This document shows, piece by piece, positions 55,542 to 64,000 of a stretch of DNA of 64,000 nucleotides. The stretch covers positions 12,383-76,382 of the forward strand of contig NIVC01001727.1 in assembly GCA_002269645.1 (NCBI GenBank), in the 5' to 3' direction. This DNA comes from Macrostomum lignano (Eukaryota). A program made the translations under genes and the position numbers. Within the stretch, counting starts at the first letter, position 1; each line of letters opens with the position of its first letter. Under the pieces are notes generated by a model. The model saw nothing but the letters and a program-made list of their open reading frames with translations. It searched no databases and had not been told where the DNA came from.

Positions 55542-56161
55542 GTCTCATGCCATAGAAAGATCAATGAAAAGTGTCTCAGGTCATAAAAATCAATGAAAAC
55601 AGTGTCTCAGGCCATGTAGATCGAAAAGCAATCATAGAAATTAAATACTCCCAGAATGTAAGCGCATTATCCGTGGTTCAATCTCGTCAGAAATTTTGAA
55701 AGCATTGACTTCCCAAAATAACGATTAAACCATTGAAAAATTCCATTTTCATAAGCTCTAATGCGTTTTAATATAGTCTTTTGAATTCTATTTTCGTCAT
55801 TTTGCATTCCGTTTAGACAGTTGCGCCAGTACTGAGCAAAGGAGCTTTTACTCAGACAGAACTTCTTAATTCTTTTTGCTGCATTTCATCCTTTCTCAAT
55901 TCTGATCTTCGGTGCTTTACCGTGTATCTTTGATCAACTGACTTACCTTTTTCCGTCTATGTCGGTCTAATGGACGAGACCTAACCTTCTGGGAAATGGG
56001 AATTCTCAACTTGGCTGACAAAAGCAATAGGCTCAAGCGCTCGTGTATGTGACAATCAATCTAACACAGCTGAGCCGCGTTAACGCGTGGGGAAATGCCA
56101 AAAGTCATAGTTTGTCTCAAGAATAAAGTATGTTTTAGACAGACCTTGCTCAAACTCAAGA

Positions 56162-56480
56162 GAGATGATAGCTTAGTGGTTGGAGCGTCAGACTCACGAC
56201 TTAAAAGTCGGGGGTTCGATTCCGAATACCACTGGAACAATTTGTGTCTTTAAGCAAGACACTTTCCCTGCATTGCTTCAGTTCACCCAGCTGTAAAATG
56301 GGTGCCAGCATTAGCCAGGGTAATTGAGGGTGTGTGTGGCGACCCCCCGTGTCCTTGGACTGAACAGCCGTACGCAGCCTTCAGATGCGCCGCGCAATAG
56401 CTGCGGCTGAGCTGTCGGTTGCACATCTGGCCATTGGGACAGGTGTAATCAATTATAGCTCGGATTACTATATTATTACT
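56162..56480 (+). mobile_element. tRNA-derived SINE with CORE-like central domain
   Basis: A-box TAGCTTAGTGG (56169-56179) and B-box GGTTCGATTCC (56213-56223); then tgtgtctttaagcaagacactt...cttcagttcacccagctgtaaaatggg (56243-56302), resembling the MIR/CORE consensus (gtgtgaccttgggcaagt..cctcagtttcctcatctgtaaaatggg); AT-rich tail. No TSD seen. Confidence 0.8.
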
Positions 56481-57152
56481 CGAACACATGGTTACTCGAA
56501 CACGCTCGAACACAGTACCTTGGAACTGCGAGACAGACTGCGGTCCCGGTGCCCGGTGCCACTGCTTGACCGTATTCTCGCATTTCTGGCCACCAGCTAA
56601 TTAGCATATAATGTCTTGAAATGAATGGCCGACTGAACTAAATTTTATAAAGGCCGAAATAAGCTCCCGAAAATAATTTTCAAGTAAAGATAGTCGCGTA
56701 ATGACGGCCACTATAATGAAATTATCAGGCAGATTCTTGTAGGTAATCAGCGGCGGAACGATTTTCCATTGACATTTCAAGCCCAGAGTAGAAAGATAAT
56801 TACTGTTCACTCCATTGATCTCTTTCTTCTTTTCTGGGGCCGACATAGTATATAACCCATTTTGAATTTCAGTGAAAACAGGCCGTGGACTACCCTCACC
56901 CCGAGCTGTTCTATCGATATGCATTTCGTGACAGAAGTCTCGCACTTCTGTTGGCCATAGACATCCGAATTAGAAGCGGGCGGCGGTTGTACCATGATTT
57001 CCTAAGAAAGTTCTCCTTCATCAAATGAATCCATTTCGTGCCCGCTACTTTTGTCTATGGTTAATGCTTAGTGGCGCCCTCGAAATGATGAGACAACACA
57101 GCTCTGTCAATGGATTTGAAAGCAGGAATGAGATGGAATCCTCCGACACTAT

Positions 57153-57165
57153 CTGTCTGTCTGCC

Positions 57166-57206
<41 letters not shown>

Positions 57207-57293
57207 TAGTGTTTGTCTGTCTGTCTGTCTGTCTTAGTGTCTGTCTTAGTGTCTATCTGTCTGTCTGTGTGTCTGTCTGTCTGTCTGTCTGTG

Positions 57294-57348
<55 letters not shown>

Positions 57349-57358
57349 CTGTCTGTCT
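57153..57358. repeat. (TGTC)n microsatellite
   Basis: Direct inspection. Confidence 0.97.
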
Positions 57359-57361
57359 GAT

Positions 57362-58085
57362 ATTTATGGCCTGAGACACTGTTTTCATTGATCTTTATGG
57401 CCTGAGGCACTGTTTTCATTGATCTTTATGGCCTGAGACACTGTTTTCATTGATCTTTATGGCCTGAGACACTGTTTTCATTGATATTTATGGCCTGAGA
57501 CACTGTTTTCACTGATCTTTATGGCCTGAGACACTGTTTTCACTGATCTTTATGGCCTGAGACACTGTTTTCATTGATCTTTATGGCCTGAGACACTGTG
57601 TTCATTGATCTTTATGGCCTGAGACACTATTTTCATTGATCTTTATGGCCTGAGACACTGTTTTCACTGATCTTTATGGCCTGAGACACTGTTTTCATTG
57701 ATCTTTATAACCTGAGACACTATTTTCATTGATCTTTATGGCCTGAGACACTATTTTCATTGATCTTTATGGCCTGGGACACTATTTTCATTGATCTTTA
57801 TGGCCTGAGACACTGTTTTCACTGATCTTTATGGCCTGAGACACTGTTTTCATTGATCTTTATGGCCTAAGACACTGTTTTCACTGATCTTTATGGCCTG
57901 AGACACTGTGTTCATTGATCTTTGTGGCCTGAGACACTATTTTCATTGATCTTTATGGCCTGAGACACTATTTTCATTGATCTTTATGGCCTGAGACACT
58001 ATTTTCATTGATCTTTATGGCCTGAGACACTGTTTTCATTGATCTTTATGGCCTGAGACACTGTTTTCATTGATATTTATGGCTT
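57362..58085. repeat. 31-bp minisatellite, about 23 copies
   Basis: Unit ttatggcctgagacactgttttcattgatct. Confidence 0.97.
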
Positions 58086-58978
58086 GAGCTTTCAAGGAAG
58101 GATTTACTATGAATTAGCACTGCAACTGGCAACGTTTTTACCATAGACTACTATGAAATTTTCAGTAGCCAATCGGTGCGAACTGGAGCTTCGCGGAGCA
58201 AATTTGTTACCCCTTAAATTTAATTCAAAAAAGCAATCTACGGTTTTATTCATCACATGGCTTCAAACCTCGTTTCAACACTACAGCGACTTTTGTGAAG
58301 ACAGAAAAGCAGTCATCTGAAAATGTTCACCAACATTCAGGCGTATGCATTTAGCTTCTCAAGTTTCAACCAAATCGTTTTTTTGTTGTTAAACTTCAGG
58401 TCGAGTGCTCCGTGTCTGTGTGAGAGTCAATGTTTCTGCTCTGCACTCTGTGAGCATGCTCACTGATTCTCGGACGGCTTAAAAATGTTGCAAGAGAGCG
58501 GTGCATGGCTCAAGGTATAACGGTTGAGATGTTCAGGGTTTGAAAGCAGCTTAAAAATTGAGTAGGCTCAGAAGACAGCATACTGTTCAGCAATTGCAGT
58601 GCACTTCCTAAATTCCTTTGAAAACAATCCCCTCAGTCAGGCCAGGCTGCCCCTCAAATCCCAAGCCTCGCCCATTTCTCTTAGTCCTCCCGTTCGTCTC
58701 TCCTCCTCTTCTCACTGGTTCAATTTGCCCTCAGCCAATGGTGATTCATCCAGCAGATTAAAGATGGATTTCCTAAGCTGCTGAGCGAGTGAGGGAGAGA
58801 GAAACAGAGAGATTGGGGGAGAGGCCTTCATAACTGAGACAGAGTAACTGCCCAGAGATTGAGATGCTGGTCACGATCTTGAGCTGAGCTCCAACCGAGA
58901 AGACAACCTCAGCTGAGCACCGCGGGTATTAAATTTGAACAAAAAGCCACGAACTGAGACAAGCTGAGCACCGCGGGC

Positions 58979-59713
58979 ATGTCCTCAACAGCCGGGAACC
59001 CAGTCATCGAGCTGAATGTCGGCGGTGTCATCTTTGCCACCACGCTGGAGACGCTGCGGAGCGAGTCCGACAGCCTTCTGGCCGAGTGGTTTCAACAGCC
59101 GGAGAGGCACCTGGCCAAGGACAGCCAGGGCCGCTTCTTCATCGACCGGGACGGCCAGGCGTTCGGCCAGCTGCTCAACTGCCTTCGCGATGGCGGCGAC
59201 GCCCCCGTGGTGGTCTCCTCGTCCAGCATCTGCAGCCGACTCCGACTGCGCACCGAGGCCACCTTCTACGGCTTGAAAGGCGTCCTGGCGTCGTTGGACC
59301 GCGGCTGTCCGCAGCCGGGCTTCGACGCTGCCGGCCCCGCGTCCGCCTGCATCACCGTCGGCTACCGCGGCACCTTCGCCTTCGGACGCGACGGCCTCGC
59401 CGACGTGAAATTTCGCAAGCTGACGCGCATCCTGGTGGCCGGGCGCATCTCTCTGTGCCGCCAGGTGTTCGGCGACACGCTGAACGAGAGCCGCGACCCG
59501 GACCGCGGCGAGGACGACAGGTACACCAGCCGGTTCTTTCTCAAGCACAACATCCTTGAGCAGGCCTTCGAGATGCTGTACGACGCCGGCTTCAGCATGG
59601 TGGGCTCCTGCGGCTCCGGCACCAACAGCAGCATGACGGACGTGAAGCCGGGCCAGGACAACGAGGAGACGAAGTGGCAGCACTACAATGAGTTTGTGTT
59701 CGTCAGGAACTGA
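58979..59713 (+). CDS. KCTD16: BTB/POZ domain protein of the KCTD8/12/16 family, single exon, 244 aa
   Basis: T1-type BTB (IELNVGGVIFATTLETL..DSLL..F..DSQGRFFIDRDG..F..LLNCLRDG) plus H1 domain (ITVGYRGTFAFGRDG..DVKFRKLTRILVAG..LCRQVFGDTLNESRDPDR..RYTSRFFLKH..LEQAFE). The exact vertebrate paralog cannot be assigned. Confidence 0.93.
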   Translation: MSSTAGNPVIELNVGGVIFATTLETLRSESDSLLAEWFQQPERHLAKDSQGRFFIDRDGQAFGQLLNCLRDGGDAPVVVSSSSICSRLRLRTEATFYGLKGVLASLDRGCPQPGFDAAGPASACITVGYRGTFAFGRDGLADVKFRKLTRILVAGRISLCRQVFGDTLNESRDPDRGEDDRYTSRFFLKHNILEQAFEMLYDAGFSMVGSCGSGTNSSMTDVKPGQDNEETKWQHYNEFVFVRN

Positions 59714-60055
59714 CAGCTGCTAGTTCAGAAGAGAAATTCAAACTAGCTGCTGAGGAGTGATTTCAAATTGGTTTTAGACTACTCATTTAACTGTCACTTT
59801 TAATGTCTGTAGTATTAAATTATTGCCCATGAAATGGAAATATATTTTCCGCTCATTTCTAGTCTTCTAGATCACATTAATAACTCTATCAGCTCTTCAA
59901 CCAAAGCTTTCATTGCTTCTTCGCTACGAGCTGCTCTACTTCAAGTAATATTTGATGGATACGAAATGATTAATGATAGTCTGTCGGTTTGTAAGTTAAA
60001 AGGTCACCGCATCCGCGAGTGAAGGGCGGCGACAGAAGTAGCTACTCGTAGGGGA

Positions 60056-60460
60056 GAGGCGCCAAACAGAAGATGAAAAAGGGCGCCAAACAGAAGATGA
60101 AAAAGGGCGCCAAACAGAAGATGAAAAAGGGCGCCAAACAGAAGATGAAAAAGGGCGCCAAACAGAAGATGAAAAAGGGCGAAGGGCGCCAAACTGAAAG
60201 AGAAAAAGCGCCAAAACGAATGATAAGGAGGGCGCCAAACTGAAAGGGAAAAAAGACCTTTTTCCGTTGGGCGCCAAACCGGGCGGCGCCAAACTGAAAG
60301 GGAAAAGGATGCCAAACAGAATATTAAAAAAGGCACCAAACCAAAAGAGAAAATGGGCGCCAAACTAAAAAATATATAAGAGGTGCCAAATCAAAATAGA
60401 AAAAAGCGCCAAACCGAAAGAAAGGGCGCCAAACTGAGGGTGAAAAGAGGCGCCCAAATG
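60056..60460. repeat. 25-bp repeat (5 copies) extending into a degenerate GGCGCCAAA motif array
   Basis: Unit aaagggcgccaaacagaagatgaaa; the gcgccaaa core recurs more than 15 times. Confidence 0.9.
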
Positions 60461-61384
60461 GAAAAAAGAAGGTGGCGGGAATCTTATCTGGAAAAGGACG
60501 CCAAACAAAACGAGAAAGAGGCGCCATAGACAGAGGAAGTCGCGTCAGAACTCGACAGACTTTACTGCAGCCATTCAAACCGGCCGCAAGTCGCAAGCGA
60601 GAGCCAGCTGGCACAGGAAGACAGTCTGCATGGGCACAGGACCGGGTACGCGCTGGTGTCACTCGCAAACTCGCCGAAACTAATGAAGCTTCAGCCAAAA
60701 AGCTTGCTGTTTCTAAGAAAACTAGAAAATCAATTGGCCAATTCTCATCAGGGCAGCTGTCACCTGGAGCCGCCTGGCCGCAACAGACATTCCTCAGTTC
60801 TCAAAGCTTAACTTCTCCCATAAGTTCCTTGCTGGGCCACTGTTGGGAAATAAAGCCAAGAAGCTTTTAATTAAATTACGCTGTCAGCAACAGAACGAAG
60901 CAGGACAAAAAGAATTTTCTGAATAAAAGTGCAGCCAGACAGAGAAACACCGCGGGTACCTGTGGATATACAGCACATAAAAGAGGTTCTCGTACAACTT
61001 TGGCTGGGGCAAAACGGCTACTGCAGTGCAGGATTATATTTACGTAGTTGATGGATGACTGCATTGCTGCTTCTGAAGCCAGAATCCATCATTCTCTGGC
61101 TCAACTAGCTGAATATTTTGTGTTTCTGAGAGCCCTGCAGTCTCCTGAGAAGGTTTTTAGCAGAATTCTACCTGTTCAAACAGCATTAGTGCCGCGACCG
61201 GTTAGAGAGCATGCTAGAGTACATTGGTGTTTGATTTGGTCTTGAGTTCACAAACTCTGACGCATGCAGCTAAAGTATTAATCAGATGGGATATTGTTCC
61301 CATGCACGAGACTATCGACATCTACTCTCGTATGTAGTCAAAATACCACTCCTAATCCGCCCTCAGAGAATCCGTGTTGAAAAA

Positions 61385-61680
61385 GCACTCCCAATCCACA
61401 GAGAATCATTCCCAGTCCACAGAGAATCACACCCAATTAACAGAGAATCACACCCAATCCACAAAGAATCACTCCCAATCCACAGAGAATCACTCCCAGT
61501 CCGCAGAGAATCATTCCCAGTCCACAGACAATCACTCCCCGTCCACAGAGAATCACCTCCAATCCACGGACAATCACTCCCAATCAACAGAGAATCACTC
61601 CCAATCAACAGAGAATCACTCCCAATCAACAGAGAATCACTCCCAGTCCACAGAGAATCACTCCCAATCCACAGTCACTC
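61385..61680. repeat. 21-bp tandem repeat, about 14 copies
   Basis: Unit cactcccaatccacagagaat. Confidence 0.94.
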
Positions 61681-62959
61681 CCAATTTAAAAAGAGTCACT
61701 TCTAGCGCCACCCTAATAACCCGCTAAAACGAATTCAATGCTTGAAAAAAATAATGAGTTCAGAACACTTCCCTTCCGAGTCTCCATGGATACTTACTGA
61801 CTGCGTCACCGACTCTGCTGTTTTGGCTCGAACTGAGACACCCCACTTAATCACGGTTTAAAACCCGTAAGGATAGATCAAGCACAGCCCCACAAAATCT
61901 TCCTGACAAGACGAGAATTAAATTTAATCGATAGTTTAAAAAAGCCTTTCAACGCTTGGAAAAGAGTGACTTCGGCCTTCTTTATTGTATTTTTAATGAC
62001 GATTCGCAATTCCTACCATGCAGTATTGCCTTCAAGCTGGTAAACCCGGTATGCCATGCTCAAATTCAGTCAGAATTCTTATCATTCATAATTAACGAAT
62101 ACCGCTAATCATCTCTTACAGGAACTTAGCGAAGCGTTGTCAATGCCTATTCAAGTAAAACAAGTAAACTTTACTGTGTGACAGTAGCTGGCCGCCTGTA
62201 TCTGTTAGGAATAATTCTCAATAATTCATTAGACGTTTCGAAGAAACGTATGTTTGAGCCAAAACCTCTAAGGTACGGAGCGATCTAGAGCCAAGGCTGA
62301 ATTATTAACATCCGTGATGCTACTCCATCATTTCTTCTTGTGCATCTGCATTGAAAAAAAACTTCCATTTTTATCAAGGTTTCTTTAAAGAGTTCGCGAT
62401 GCTTTTTCATAGAAACATAAAAAGGCCGAAATGTGCGTGTTGTACTCCATGACTGTTTTTAATGAGCTGAGAATGGGACATTGGGGTGTCAGATGGGTTG
62501 ATATTGGTGTCAGGTGTGTTAACATTGATGGCCATGTTGGTGTCAAAAGGGGCAAGCATTGTGCCGAAATGATAAGCTACAACAAAAAACACATTTACGA
62601 TTGTAAACTGTAAACTGTAAACTGTTCTTTAACAAGAAAATATTCTTTCACAGTTATATTTTTAGCAAAAAATCGCAACACACTATTTTAAGAATATAAA
62701 AGGAGACTGCAAAAAACTGCAAATAATATCGTAAGTGAAAAAAATAATGAAAAAATAAATAAACTAAATAGCTATCGATAACAACTGAAATGCAACATGA
62801 GCGTTAAAATATTATTACTTGTAGAGTTACTGTGTGCGTTAGCTGTCTCGCTTAACTTTTCTCCAAATAAAAACAATACAATACTATTTTATTATTATTT
62901 TCTAAACGAATGAAACTTCGTGATTTCTGAAAACCAGAAAACTATCAACCTAAACTATT

Positions 62960-63405
62960 AAGTGGGGTAGGCGTCTGGTCCATTCAGTTTTACGAGGTAG
63001 GTAGGGGGTTGGAAAGCTACGGAGTGGGGTGGGGCGTCTGGTCCAATCAGTTTTCGGGAGGGGGTAGGGAAGCTACGGAGTGGGGTGGGGCGTCTGGTCC
63101 AATCAGTTTTCGGGAGGGGGTAGGAAAGCTACGAGTGGGGTGGGGCGTCTGGTCCGATCAGTTTTCGGGAGGGGTAGGAAAGCTACGGAGTGGGGTGGGG
63201 CGTCTGGTCCAATCAGTTTTCGGGAGGGGGTAGGAAAGCTACGGAGTGGGGTGGGGCGTCTGGTCCAATCAGTTTTCGGGAGGGGGTAGGAAAGCTACGG
63301 AGTGGGGTGGGGCGTCTGGTCCAATCAGTTTTCTGGAGGGGGTAGGAAAGCTACGGAGTGAGGTGGGCGTCTGGTGGGGGTAGGAAAGCTATACGTTGTG
63401 GGGTG
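62960..63405. repeat. About 56-bp G-rich tandem repeat, about 8 copies, just past the PHKA stop
   Basis: Unit ggggtaggaaagctacggagtggggtggggcgtctggtccaatcagttttcgggag. Confidence 0.94.
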
Positions 63406-63426
63406 GGTGCCACTTACAGAGCTCCC

Positions 63427-63861
63427 TCACTGCACCAGGCAGTCGATACAGGCGTGCCCGCTCTCGCCCTGAGGAATTTCCACAAAGTCGGGCATGGCTC
63501 TGGCCAGATAGGTCAAAGTGCCGTATCTTCCGCTGGGCGCTGAGTCGTAGAAGTGCAAGCAGACGCCGCATGCGCCACCGCAATGCAGGCGCGCAGTCTC
63601 GCTCAGCCAGTAGTTGCTATCGAAGTCGCGGCGGTTGATGACTCGCTCAACGCAGCAGCGATTGGCATCGCCTCTCTGCTCAGCCTGGTCCAGCAGGAAC
63701 AGCCAGTTGGCGCGATGAACCAGCTGCTCAACCTGAAGCACGAGGCCAAGATTGATCCGGCCGGCTGGGTCCACTTCAGGCAGGCGGACCAGCAGGCTGA
63801 GGGCTTCCACAATTAGCTGGCGATATTCTGGCACCGGCACGCGGGTGATAATAGACTCCAC
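63427..63861 (-). CDS. PHKA: Phosphorylase b kinase regulatory subunit alpha, last coding exon (gene continues beyond the window)
   Basis: Acceptor ccttacgcag|GTG; VESIITRVPVPEYRQLIVEA...FYDSAPSGRYGTLTYLARA matches the PHKA1/2 C-terminus; ends in CaaX farnesylation motif CLVQ then TGA. Confidence 0.93.
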   Translation of the reverse strand: MESIITRVPVPEYRQLIVEALSLLVRLPEVDPAGRINLGLVLQVEQLVHRANWLFLLDQAEQRGDANRCCVERVINRRDFDSNYWLSETARLHCGGACGVCLHFYDSAPSGRYGTLTYLARAMPDFVEIPQGESGHACIDCLVQ

Positions 63862-63901
63862 CTGCGTAAGGCATTTACAGTACATGAAATTAGGTATAGA
63901 G

Positions 63902-63940
63902 CAGGGTCGGCAAACTCCGGCCCGTGGGCCATGGGCCACA
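63902..63940 (+). mobile_element. hAT (Charlie-type) terminal fragment in a PHKA intron
   Basis: cagggtcggcaaactccggcccgtgggcc resembles the Charlie-type 5' end CAGGGGTCGGCAAACTACGGCCCGCGGGCC; the other end is not in the window. Confidence 0.5.
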
Positions 63941-64000
63941 AAGACCCTCGGGTCTTTTGAAACTTCACAATAGCAATCTGTCCCGCTTCAGTATATGTCT

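Noticed and set aside
58985-59683. 232-aa antisense ORF over KCTD, and antisense or alternate-frame ORFs over DPYD, RSF1 and the LINE
   Set aside because: Expected shadows of GC-rich codon usage; no independent protein features.
61286-61727. SLPIHRE and QSTENHS heptad-repeat ORFs
   Set aside because: Translation of a 21-bp tandem repeat, open in several frames, with no splice or start context linking it to a gene.

Overview
Animal genomic DNA with spliceosomal introns. GC-rich, intron-poor coding exons and minisatellite-filled introns resemble a Macrostomum-like flatworm, but the taxon is a guess and cannot be proven here. The window has two compartments. (1) About 1-23 kb is AT-rich, mostly CpG-depleted transposon debris: a Ty3/Gypsy (Mag-like) remnant degraded mainly by C-to-T/G-to-A changes, small TIR elements, two non-autonomous Helitron-like elements with internal duplications or satellites, and a young 5'-truncated RNase H-containing LINE with a perfect 13-bp TSD. 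(2) About 23-64 kb is gene-rich: RSF1 (+, 6 coding exons, about 1591 aa), two tRNA-Glu genes (-), DPYD (-, 5 coding exons, about 1046 aa), a tRNA-derived CORE-like SINE, an intronless KCTD8/12/16-family gene (+) and the last coding exon of phosphorylase kinase alpha (-). Most introns contain their own minisatellite. The most interesting observations are the RIP-like CpG/CpA mutation signature on the left and an inverted copy of an RSF1 splice-acceptor region that brackets the PHD-finger exon.
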